64,000 nucleotides of DNA from Planctomycetota bacterium. GTDB lineage: Bacteria; Planctomycetota; UBA8108; JACQVS01. Position numbers and translations under genes: made by a program. The stretch lies in NCBI GenBank assembly GCA_041569895.1, contig JBFFXF010000001.1, positions 1,043-65,042 on the forward strand. The letters are read 5' to 3'. Of the stretch, positions 35,224 through 44,164 are shown one piece after another. Each line of letters begins with the position of its first letter. Position 1 is the stretch's first letter. The notes beneath the pieces were generated by a model. The model did no database searches, was not told the DNA's origin, and saw only the letters and a program-made list of their open reading frames with translations.

Positions 35224-37112
35224 TTCAGCTCGATCCTCGGGTCGACGATGCAGTAGAGCAGGTCGGAGATCAGGATGCCGATCATCGTCAGCACCGCGAC
35301 GAGCGTCGTGATCCCCATGATCACCGGATAGTCGCGCTGGAGGACGGCCTCGAAGCCGAGCGATCCCATGCCGGGAAGCGAGTAGATGCGCTCGATGATC
35401 ACCGAGCCGCCGATCACCGTCGGCAGCAGGTTCCCGAACACGGTGACGACCGGCAGCAGCCCGTTGCGCAGCGCGTGCACGCCGACGACGCGGCGCTCGG
35501 GCAGCCCCTTGGCGCGGGCCGTGCGCACGGCGTCCTGCGAGAGCGCCTCGAGCATGCTGGAGCGAACCAGCCGCGACAGGAACGCGAAGCTCGCGTACGT
35601 CAGCGCGGTCAGGGGCAGCACCAGGTGCAGCAGGTGATCCCAGACGTAGCTCAGGAACGGCAGGTCGCCGGCGTTGTCGGAGTGGAGGTTGACGAACGGC
35701 AGGATGCCGCCGGTCGGCCCCGCCGGACTTCCCAGCAGAATGATCAACATCGTCGCGACCCAGAAGCTCGGCATGCTGTAGAGCAGGAAGAGGACGAGTG
35801 TCGTCGCCTGATCGGACATCGAGTTCCGCCGGGCGGCGGAGAAGACGCCGAGCGGGATCGAGAGCAGATAGGTGATCAGGATCGAGACCAGGTTGAGCTC
35901 CAGGGTCACCGGCATCGCCTCGACGATCTTGTCCCAGACGGGACGGTCGTCCTTGAAGGAGAGGCCGAAATCGAGCCGGACAAGGCGCGAGAGCCAGTCG
36001 ACGTACGCCGGCACGAGCGGGACGTCGTCGACGTCGAGCGCGGCGGAGACGACACGCCCACCGTCACCGACCGCGACGGCGCGGACGACTCCCGAGTGGC
36101 CGGCGAGCGTGGCGCGCAGTCGACCCGCGGCGACATCCCAGAGCCGCACCGAGGCATCACGGCCGCCGGAGACGAGCAGATCTCCATCGCCGAGAGCGAC
36201 CGATTCGACGACCGCCGTGTGGCCGTCGAGGCGCGCCGTCACGGCGCGCCGGGCGGTGTCGATGAGCGCCACCGCGTTGTCGCCGAGACCCGCGGCGATC
36301 CGGCTGCCATCGGCGGCGACGTCGATCGCGTGGACCGGCGCACCGCAGTCGACCGGCGCGCCGACCTCCCTCCGTGTCGCGGCGTCCCAGAAACGCACCG
36401 TCCGGTCTCGCGAGGCCGACACGAGCACGCCGCCGGACAGCGACTCGACTCCGGTGACCTCGCCGATGTGCGCCTCGATCACATCCACGAGCTCGCCGGT
36501 GCGCGCGTTCCAGACCCGGACGGTCGCATCGCGTGAGCCGGTGATCAGGAGGTCGTCGTCCGCGAACGCGGCGCACCGGACGAGCAGGCCGTGCCCGGCG
36601 CACGTGGCCACCGGGCGGCCGGTCTCGACGTCCCACACGCGAGCGGTGCGGTCGTCGGAGCACGACGCGATGAGCGTCCCGTCGGGCGAGAAGGCCACGG
36701 CGTTGATCGCCGCTCCGTGGGCCTCGATGGTCCGCGGAGCGCGTCCCGGCTCGATCGGTCGCAGCACGATGCGTCCGTCGGCGGTGCCCGCGGCGACGAT
36801 CGTGCCTCCCGGCGACGTCGCCAGCGCGAGGACCGCGTCAGTCTCCGTCGTCGTGCCGACTCGCCTGCCGCTCCCGGAGTCCCACGATCGGATGGTCGCG
36901 GTCTCCTCGAGCAGGCCGAGCCGGATCTTCGAGCGCACGATCTGACGCTCGCGGTCGGAGAAATCACCGCCGCCCTCGAAGCCGCCGCTCGCCGCGATCG
37001 AGAACGCCACGGGGTCACCGGGCGCGAGGCGGATGATGAGAAACGTCACCATGGTGATCCCGAGGAGTGTCGGGATCATCAGCAGCAATCGTCGTGTGAT
37101 GTACTGGATCAC
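35220..37112 (-). CDS. ABC transporter permease, DppB/OppB-like, with a seven-blade WD40 beta-propeller of about 290 aa inserted in the first periplasmic loop
   Basis: N-terminal MIQYITRRLLLMIPTLLGITMVTFLIIRLAPGDPV and C-terminal ...DLLYCIVDPRIELK are canonical DppB ends in one continuous 630-aa frame. Residues ~95-385 contain WD repeats (SDDRTARVWDV, RDATVRVWNA, RDRTVRFWDA, RDASVRLWDV). Confidence 0.85.
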   Translation of the reverse strand: MIQYITRRLLLMIPTLLGITMVTFLIIRLAPGDPVAFSIAASGGFEGGGDFSDRERQIVRSKIRLGLLEETATIRSWDSGSGRRVGTTTETDAVLALATSPGGTIVAAGTADGRIVLRPIEPGRAPRTIEAHGAAINAVAFSPDGTLIASCSDDRTARVWDVETGRPVATCAGHGLLVRCAAFADDDLLITGSRDATVRVWNARTGELVDVIEAHIGEVTGVESLSGGVLVSASRDRTVRFWDAATRREVGAPVDCGAPVHAIDVAADGSRIAAGLGDNAVALIDTARRAVTARLDGHTAVVESVALGDGDLLVSGGRDASVRLWDVAAGRLRATLAGHSGVVRAVAVGDGGRVVSAALDVDDVPLVPAYVDWLSRLVRLDFGLSFKDDRPVWDKIVEAMPVTLELNLVSILITYLLSIPLGVFSAARRNSMSDQATTLVLFLLYSMPSFWVATMLIILLGSPAGPTGGILPFVNLHSDNAGDLPFLSYVWDHLLHLVLPLTALTYASFAFLSRLVRSSMLEALSQDAVRTARAKGLPERRVVGVHALRNGLLPVVTVFGNLLPTVIGGSVIIERIYSLPGMGSLGFEAVLQRDYPVIMGITTLVAVLTMIGILISDLLYCIVDPRIELK

Positions 37113-37161
37113 GATCGAGGCGGAGCTCGCCAGGCATCCGCGGGCGCGGCCGCGGCGACGG

Positions 37162-39183
37162 TCAGCTGTCGTCGTCCTTCGCGTCGTCCTTCAGCCAGAT
37201 GGTCGTCGGCCTCAAGCCGGTCTTGCCGATCCGGACGCCGCCGAACTTCTTGTTGATCAGCGCGCCGACTCTCCCGTGCGTGAGGAGAAGCATCGGCACG
37301 TCCTCGTGGAAATGACGGTTGAAGCGGTGAAACATCTCGGCGCGCTTTTCATCGTCGAACTCGCGACGCATCGCCTCGAGGAGCCGGTCGACCTCCTCGT
37401 TCTTCCAGCCGGCATGATTTCCGGCCCGCTCGATGCCCTGCGACGAGTGGAAGTTGTCGTAGGGGTCCATCCACGGGTCTTCCGGAGAGAGGAGCAGGCA
37501 GATGGCGTCGAACTCGCGATTGAAGAGCGCCTCGGTGAACTGCGACCACTCGGATTTGTCGATCGTGCAGTCGACGCCGACCGACTTGCACGCGTCGTTG
37601 ACCAGCACGCCGATGGTGTCGTACCAGGTCCTGCCGGCGGGAACGGTGAGCTCGAAGCGCAGCGGGACGCCGCCACGGTCGCGCACGCCGTCGCCGTCGC
37701 TGTCCTTCCATCCCGCCTCGTCGAGGAGGCGAGCCGCGAGCTGCGGATCGAAGCGACGCGGCTCGATGTCGTGCGAGTACTCGCGGTAGATCGGCTTCGT
37801 GGGGCAGGTCGCGATCTGGCCGCGCCCGCGTTCCATGTCCTTCCAGATGCGCTCGCGGTCGACGAGGTGGGCGATGGCGCGGCGGACCCGGACGTCGTCG
37901 AAGGGCGGGCGTCGGCAGTTGAACGTGATGTGCGAGAAACCGATGCGCGTGTGGTCGTACTCGTACCGGTCCGCGATCCCGGTGATCGTCGGATCGTTCT
38001 CGAGCTGGTCCTCCCACATCGAATGCTCGACGGAGACGACGTGAATCAGCCCCTTCCGGAACGCCTCGATCATCGATACGCGGTCCCGCACCCAGCGCCA
38101 CCGCAGCCGCTCGAGACGGTAGTGGTCGGGGTTCAGCGCGCGCAGCCACGCCCGGCCGTTCGCGAACAGCGTGACGTGCTGCGAGACCACCCGTGACTGG
38201 CCCTCGACCCACGTGTAGGGGCCCGTTCCCGGCGGCATCTCCTGCCCGAGGAGGTTGAAGACCTCCGCGAAACCGGGCTCGAGCGGCGTGACGCTGAAAC
38301 GCTCGATCCCCCGCTCTCGCGCCACGGCGGGGATCTTCCGCTCGTAGTACTCCTGCGGGAAGATCCGCAGCGCGTACCCGAACTGCTTGAGCGCCTTCCA
38401 GTACTTTCGCCGCATGCGCACCTCGACGGTGAGGGGATCGATCTTGCGCACGCTCGCCACGTCGTTGAAGGACGACTTGCGGCTCTCCGACTTGACGTCG
38501 GGATCGGCGACGAGGTTGTAGCTGAAGATGACGTCGTCGGCGTCGAAGGGAGACCCATCGGAAAAGGTCACGCCGCGGCGCAGGTGGAACCGGTAGGTGA
38601 GGCCATCGTCGCCGGTCTCCCATGCCACGGCGAGCTCCGGCCAGAGCTCCTGCGGGTTGTCGGGATTGACCGTGAAGAGCCGCTCGTGCACCTGCTCGTC
38701 GATCACCGACGCCATGCCGTCGTTGGTGAGGTAGTAGTTGTAGAGGCCGGGCTCGGCCATCCATCCGAAGATGAATGTCCCGCGCCGCGGCGGGATGAAG
38801 GCGGGTTGCCGTGCGGTGGTGCGGCCCGGAATCTCGGCGCCCGGAGGCGGCTCGATGGTGAAGCCGGGCGTCGCCTCGAGCGGTCGCCCGATGGCGTCCT
38901 TGCCGTCACCGAACCGTGCGGCGCCGGTCGAATCGGACCCGGCCCCCGTACCCGGCGCGGCGTCGATCCGCACCGGCCCGCCGGAGCCACGCACCTCGAG
39001 GACGATCCGATCGAGCCCCTCGACGCGCACCGACCGCGCCTGCACCTCCTCGATCTCGCGCCGCAGCTCGATGATCTTCTCCTGCTGGTGATCGAGAGAA
39101 CGCAGGATCATCCAGAGCGTGACGAGGATCAGACCGAGGAGAAAGACGATGATCACTCGTCCTGTGGTCCAGCCTTCGTTCAC
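37162..39183 (-). CDS. ABC transporter substrate-binding protein, family 5 (DppA/OppA-like), membrane-anchored with coiled-coil linker
   Basis: SBP_bac_5-type sequence. N-terminal TM anchor (RVIIVFLLGLILVTLWMIL) followed by a charged linker. GTG start at 39181-39183; the longer ORF start lies inside a hexamer repeat. Confidence 0.75.
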   Translation of the reverse strand: MNEGWTTGRVIIVFLLGLILVTLWMILRSLDHQQEKIIELRREIEEVQARSVRVEGLDRIVLEVRGSGGPVRIDAAPGTGAGSDSTGAARFGDGKDAIGRPLEATPGFTIEPPPGAEIPGRTTARQPAFIPPRRGTFIFGWMAEPGLYNYYLTNDGMASVIDEQVHERLFTVNPDNPQELWPELAVAWETGDDGLTYRFHLRRGVTFSDGSPFDADDVIFSYNLVADPDVKSESRKSSFNDVASVRKIDPLTVEVRMRRKYWKALKQFGYALRIFPQEYYERKIPAVARERGIERFSVTPLEPGFAEVFNLLGQEMPPGTGPYTWVEGQSRVVSQHVTLFANGRAWLRALNPDHYRLERLRWRWVRDRVSMIEAFRKGLIHVVSVEHSMWEDQLENDPTITGIADRYEYDHTRIGFSHITFNCRRPPFDDVRVRRAIAHLVDRERIWKDMERGRGQIATCPTKPIYREYSHDIEPRRFDPQLAARLLDEAGWKDSDGDGVRDRGGVPLRFELTVPAGRTWYDTIGVLVNDACKSVGVDCTIDKSEWSQFTEALFNREFDAICLLLSPEDPWMDPYDNFHSSQGIERAGNHAGWKNEEVDRLLEAMRREFDDEKRAEMFHRFNRHFHEDVPMLLLTHGRVGALINKKFGGVRIGKTGLRPTTIWLKDDAKDDDS

Positions 39184-39480
39184 ATCACGTCTCCGTTCTT
39201 CTTCCGGGCCCGGTTCTCGTCCTCGTCCTCGTCCTCGTCCTCGAAAACCCCTCGTCACCGCGTTGGATGTCCGATACCGAGACCGCTTTCGACCCTGACT
39301 CTGACTCCGACGCCGACCCCGATACCGACTCCGATACCGCTTCCGACCCCGATTCCGATACCGGCGCCGACACCGACCCCGACTCCGACACCGACACCGA
39401 TTCCGACTCCGATACCGATATCCTCGCGTGTGCTCTGCTCTGTCCGGTCACTTTCCGCGTGCTCTTCGTTTCCGCCCCCC
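39184..39480. repeat. composite intergenic hexamer-repeat element: (TCCTCG)n then (CCGAYN)n x~25
   Basis: Direct reading. Divergent spacer between the SBP gene and the FHA-M64 gene. Confidence 0.75.
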
Positions 39481-39583
39481 GCTTCCCGATCCCACCCTCT
39501 GGCCGTCGAGTGTATCATAGACCCTCTTGTTTCGACTCTCCCGCGTGAAGAGAGGCCGGCGCACCCATCACGGAGTTCCTCGC

Positions 39584-42500
39584 ATGAGAATCGTTCTCGA
39601 GGAGAACGCCGCCCGGCGCGTGTTCGAGTTCGAGGAGGGTCGCGAGCTGGTCCTCGGCCGCGCCCCGGACTGCGATATCCCGCTCGCGACGCTGCGCGCG
39701 TCGCGTCACCATGCCCGGATCGTCCTCGAGGACGGCCGGCACTGGCTGGTCGACGAGGGCTCGTCGAACGGGACTCTGGTCAACGGCGCGCGGGTGGACC
39801 GGCGCGCGCTCTCATCGGGGGACGTCATCGCCATCGGCGAGGCGCTGCTCCGCTTCGAGACCCACCGCCGGACCGGACTGGCGTTTCCCGGCGTCTACGC
39901 CGCGTTCCTCGCGCTGCTCTGGGCGGTGCTGGTGGTCTCGCTGGTCGTGCTGGCCGTGCGCCAGCTCACCGACGAGGGGGAGCGGCTGGCGGTGCGACGG
40001 GCGGGGTCGGTCTCCGGCATGGAGTCGGCCGGGGATCGCGGGAGCGCCGCGGATTCGGGTGCGGGTGCCGTACCCGTTCCCGTACCCGCTCCCGTACCCG
40101 TACCCGTACCCGTACCCGTTCCCGTACCCGTTCCCGACACCGACATCGAAACCGACACCGAAACCGACACCGATACCGATACCGATACCGATACCAAGAC
40201 CGACAGCGATTCCCGGGTGGCCGATGTGCTTCGTCCCATCATTGCCGGGGAGCGTGGCTGGGAGGGTGTCGATGCGCTCGTCGCGCTGCGCTCCGGGTCG
40301 CCGGATGCCGAGGACATGCCGTTTCTCGATCGGCTCGTGCCGGTGCTGCGCGGGCTTCGCGAGGGCGCGTGGCGTCGTCTCGACGAGCAGGCGGCGACCG
40401 CGATCGCGGCGCTCGTCGAGCGCGGCGAGGCGCGTTCCGCGGCGGCGACGGCGCGCTTCCTGGCGGTGGTCGCGCCGGGGGAGGACGCTCGTTCGCGCTG
40501 GGAGTCGGCGGCGCGATCGATCGAGGACAGCGTGGACCTCGAGTCGGACGGCGAGACGCAGCCTGTCGTGCCGCGCGAGGATCGGCGGCCCGACGACGAG
40601 CCGCTCTCATCGCCCGAGGCGCTCGCGCTCAAGGATCGCATCGCCGAGGCGATCGAGCAGTGTCGTTTCGATGAGCTCTCCTCGATCTACCACGCCCTGC
40701 TCGCCCTCGGGCCGTCGCCCGGCGAGCGCCTCCGCCTGCTCGAGGGATTGCTCGCGGCGTACGCGATGGAGGTGATGTTCGGCGAGTTCGTCGCGCGTGC
40801 GGCGACCGACCCGCCCGCGGTGAGCCCGTACGCGGGCTACGAGGGGCGCGTCCTCGAGGTGTCGCGCGATGCCGTCCGCTTCGAGCTCGACATCGAGGGG
40901 CGCGAGGGCGCGTACCGTGACAGCACGACGTGGCGCCGGATCACCTGGCCGAAGAAGCTCGAGCTCTTCAGCAGCGTCCCCCTGAGCCCGCGCGGCCTCG
41001 TCGGCGTCGCGCTCTACGCCTTTCACCACGGACACGAGGAGGGCGCGCACGCGGCGCTGATCCGCCTTCGCAAGCGCAAGGATGGCGCGACGCTCGCGGA
41101 CAGCGTCCTCGCGAGCCGGCTCGGCGTGCCGGTGCCGCCTGGCGGGTTCGTCGAGTATCGCGGCCGTCTCGTCACGCCGGAGTATCGCGCCGCCGAGATC
41201 GCCCGCCGCGAGCGCCTCGAGGAGGAGGAGCGCGCCGCGCGAGCGGAGCTCGAGCAGCTCAAGAAGGAGGCGGGGCTCGCCGCGTACGTGCAGGTCGCCC
41301 GCCGCTATCGCGAACGCGGGCTCTTCGAGCTCGCCCAGCACATCCTCGAGGTCCTCGCGCGACGCTTCTCGAACACCGAGGCCGGCGCGGAAGCGAGGCG
41401 GCTCGCCGATGATCCCGTCCTCGTCGTCAGGCCGATCGCCGCTTCCGGTCCGTCGAGCAACCGACTCGACATCTGCCTCCTCGGCGAGGGTTACACGCTC
41501 GACGACGAGGCGCAGGACGCGTTCCTCGCGCGCGCCCGCTCGGCGGCGTCGCTGCTCTTCAGGGAGGAGCCGTACCGCGAGTACGCCTCGTACTTCAGCC
41601 TGCACGCCGTGCAGGTCGCCTCGGCAGAGCACGGTCTCGATCGCGAGCCCGGCGGAGTGGCTCGCGACACCGCTCTCGGCGGCCGAGTCGAGTGGGACCG
41701 CTTCACCGTGGACGAGTCGCTGGTGCGCGCGATCCTCGCACGACTCGGCGATCGCGGCCGCGACGGACAGGCGGTGGTGATCGGGAACGCCCACGCCGGC
41801 GTGGCGACCGCGAGCCCCGGCATCGCGTGCATCTCGAAGATCGCGGTCGCCTCGCTCGGGCACGAGCTCGGCCACTCGCTCGGCAGCCTGCGCGACGAGT
41901 ACGACTTCGAGCCCGGCACCGATCCCGAGCGCCACGTCGACAACCGCCGCGAGCCCGACGTCCCGACCGCCGCGCTGCCGCCGAACATCATGCGCGGCTC
42001 GGACCGCGACGACGTGCTCGAGAAGGCCATCTGGCGGCCGTGGATCGAGGCGGGCGAGTCGCGGTGGTGGAACGGCGCCGGGGTCTCCGCCTTCCAGGGC
42101 GGCAACCGCAGGCGCTTCAACTACTGGCGCCCGCAGGCGACATGCAAGATGCGCACGTCGAGCGCGGAGTTCTGCGTCGTTTGCATGGAAGCGATGGTGA
42201 AGAGCATCTACCGCCACGTGCGCCCGATCGATCGCGTCGAGCCGTCGAGCGAGGAGGTCACCATCGACGAGGGCGGCTCGACGAGCGTGCGCGTCTGGAC
42301 CCTGAAGCCGCGCTCGCGATTCCTCGAGACGACCTGGCGCCTGGTCGAGCTCCAGGCGGAGCCGAACGCGACCGGAACCACCTCGGTCGCCGGCGACACA
42401 CGACCGGTCCCGCTCGCCAGGACCGGCCGCCGCATCGACCCGTCAGGCGCGCCGATCGAAATCGCCATCCTCCGGGACCTGGCGCCCGGACGCTACCGGC

Positions 42501-42601
42501 TTCAGGTCACCGTGCGAGACACGACGCCGTGGGTGCTCGACGACGGTGAGGGGCTGCTGTCGGAGGTGCGGGACTGGACGGTGGTGGTGCGGGGGCGGTG
42601 A
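39584..42601 (+). CDS. FHA-domain transmembrane protein with extracytoplasmic peptidase M64 (IgA-peptidase-like HExxH...DEY) domain
   Basis: N-terminal FHA (GRAPDCDIPL...SRHHARI...SSNGTLVNG). TM helix AFLALLWAVLVVSLVVLAV. C-terminal HELGHSLGSLRDEYD zinc-metallopeptidase motif. Confidence 0.8.
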   Translation: MRIVLEENAARRVFEFEEGRELVLGRAPDCDIPLATLRASRHHARIVLEDGRHWLVDEGSSNGTLVNGARVDRRALSSGDVIAIGEALLRFETHRRTGLAFPGVYAAFLALLWAVLVVSLVVLAVRQLTDEGERLAVRRAGSVSGMESAGDRGSAADSGAGAVPVPVPAPVPVPVPVPVPVPVPDTDIETDTETDTDTDTDTDTKTDSDSRVADVLRPIIAGERGWEGVDALVALRSGSPDAEDMPFLDRLVPVLRGLREGAWRRLDEQAATAIAALVERGEARSAAATARFLAVVAPGEDARSRWESAARSIEDSVDLESDGETQPVVPREDRRPDDEPLSSPEALALKDRIAEAIEQCRFDELSSIYHALLALGPSPGERLRLLEGLLAAYAMEVMFGEFVARAATDPPAVSPYAGYEGRVLEVSRDAVRFELDIEGREGAYRDSTTWRRITWPKKLELFSSVPLSPRGLVGVALYAFHHGHEEGAHAALIRLRKRKDGATLADSVLASRLGVPVPPGGFVEYRGRLVTPEYRAAEIARRERLEEEERAARAELEQLKKEAGLAAYVQVARRYRERGLFELAQHILEVLARRFSNTEAGAEARRLADDPVLVVRPIAASGPSSNRLDICLLGEGYTLDDEAQDAFLARARSAASLLFREEPYREYASYFSLHAVQVASAEHGLDREPGGVARDTALGGRVEWDRFTVDESLVRAILARLGDRGRDGQAVVIGNAHAGVATASPGIACISKIAVASLGHELGHSLGSLRDEYDFEPGTDPERHVDNRREPDVPTAALPPNIMRGSDRDDVLEKAIWRPWIEAGESRWWNGAGVSAFQGGNRRRFNYWRPQATCKMRTSSAEFCVVCMEAMVKSIYRHVRPIDRVEPSSEEVTIDEGGSTSVRVWTLKPRSRFLETTWRLVELQAEPNATGTTSVAGDTRPVPLARTGRRIDPSGAPIEIAILRDLAPGRYRLQVTVRDTTPWVLDDGEGLLSEVRDWTVVVRGR
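40070..40210 (+). repeat. in-frame hexamer arrays (CCCGTN)n + (ACCGAY)n encoding (PV)n and (TD)n inside the FHA-M64 gene
   Basis: Same two hexamer families as the intergenic elements; here the frame is maintained. Confidence 0.8.
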
Positions 42602-42649
42602 GGGGGGGCTCGTTCGCGAGATTCGACAACGAGCCTCGAATCGTCGTCG

Positions 42650-42860
42650 TCCTCGAAAGCCTTGGATGGCGGAGTCCGATGTCCGATTCCGCGATCCGAG
42701 TCCGATTCCGATGACCGATTCCGAGGTCCGACTCCGACGTCGACGTTGTAAGGAATGCGTTCCCGTACCCGAAAAGCCGGCGACTCACGCGAGGCTCACG
42801 AGGCTCGACCCACTCATGACTTCCGTTTCCTGCTTTCCCTGAGTTTCCTGCCTTCCTCAT
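42650..42860. repeat. (TCCGAN)n hexamer array plus second copy (about 85% identical, reverse orientation) of the first ~85 bp of the 12645-13060 element
   Basis: Direct alignment of the reverse complement of 42770-42860 with 12690-12780 (ggaaggcaggaaactcag...gggtcgagcytcgtgagcctc). Confidence 0.65.
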
Positions 42861-42917
42861 GGGTCGTTTGCAGGGTTTCGCCCGGGAAGTCGAGCAGCGT
42901 TCGGGACGGAAGAAGGC

Positions 42918-43904
42918 TCAGTTGCGCTCCGCCCGCAGCTCGTCCACGCGGCCCTCGAGGAAGCGGGTCAGGGCTCGTTCCATCTCGCGGGCGTTCTGGA
43001 AGCGCTGGCGCGGGTCCTTCGCCAGCGCTTTCGCGAGGACGCTCGTGAAGGTGCGTGGCACGTCCGGTCGGAGCTGGTGGGGCGGCTGGAACTCCTCCAC
43101 CTCGATGGCACGCAGCAGCTCGTGCAGGTCGTCGCGCACGACGGGGTAGTGGCCGGTGACGAGGTGGTAGAGGGCGACTCCGAGCGTGTAGATGTCGGTG
43201 CGCTCGTCAACGCCGTCGCCACGGACCTGCTCGGGGGCCATGAAGAGAGGCGAGCCGGCGATGCGGCCGGCGTCGTCGCTCGTCTCGCCGTGATGCTCTC
43301 GCGACAGGCCGAGACCGAAGTCGGCGAGCACGATCCGTCCGTTCTCCTCGCGGAGGAGATTGGCGGTCTTCAGGTCGCGGTGCACCAGTCCCGCCTCGTG
43401 CACGGCACGAAGGGCCCGGCAGACCGAGATGCCGATACGCGCGACCTCGCGCGCCGGCAACGGACCGTGCCTGGCGAGCGACGACTCGAGCGAGTCGCCG
43501 CGTACGTACTCGGTGACGAGCACGAGCTGGTCGTCCTCGAGCTCGAGGACGCCGAAGATGGTCAACACGTTCGGGTGGCGCACGCGCGCGAGCGCGCGGG
43601 CCTCACGGAGAAAGCTCTCGCGCGCGGACCGACTGAAGCGCAGGTGCGGCAGCGGAATCTTCAGCGCGACGTCGCGACCGAGCAGCTCATCGCGGGCGCG
43701 GTACACCTCTCCGAACGCGCCCTCTCCGATCTTCGACTCGATGGTGAAGCCAGGGATTTCGGGGAGCTGTTCGAGCGCCGCGGCGTCGTCGGGCATCGCG
43801 CGGAAGCGATCCTCGCGCCCCGGATCGAGGTCCAGGGTCTCCGCGAGGTCGTCGAGCGCGATCGACGCTGCGCGTTCTCGTGAGTCACTCGGTGTGGCGG
43901 ACAT
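42918..43904 (-). CDS. Ser/Thr protein kinase (kinase domain only, about 328 aa)
   Basis: GEGAFGEVYRA, ALK, HRDLKTANLL, DFGLG and APEQ motifs. ATG at 43902-43904. Confidence 0.8.
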   Translation of the reverse strand: MSATPSDSRERAASIALDDLAETLDLDPGREDRFRAMPDDAAALEQLPEIPGFTIESKIGEGAFGEVYRARDELLGRDVALKIPLPHLRFSRSARESFLREARALARVRHPNVLTIFGVLELEDDQLVLVTEYVRGDSLESSLARHGPLPAREVARIGISVCRALRAVHEAGLVHRDLKTANLLREENGRIVLADFGLGLSREHHGETSDDAGRIAGSPLFMAPEQVRGDGVDERTDIYTLGVALYHLVTGHYPVVRDDLHELLRAIEVEEFQPPHQLRPDVPRTFTSVLAKALAKDPRQRFQNAREMERALTRFLEGRVDELRAERN

Positions 43905-44164
43905 TCTGTTTTTCCAAACCCGCCGTCGTCGGTCGGGTTTCTCCTGTCCTGTCTCCCCTTGATGTCTCTCTCGCGTCGTTTTTTTTTCTCGCTCGCTCGT
44001 GATGAGAGACGTCGGAGAGCCCCATCCTTTCACAGGAAACCGCCGATTTTTCGCGGAAGGCCGGGGACGGACCACGTAAGTCCTTTGTCCAGGCCAGCCG
44101 GGGCGAAACCGGGAGACGCCGCTCGTTACAACGCCGTGACGGAAACGCGACGGTCGGCGGCGTC

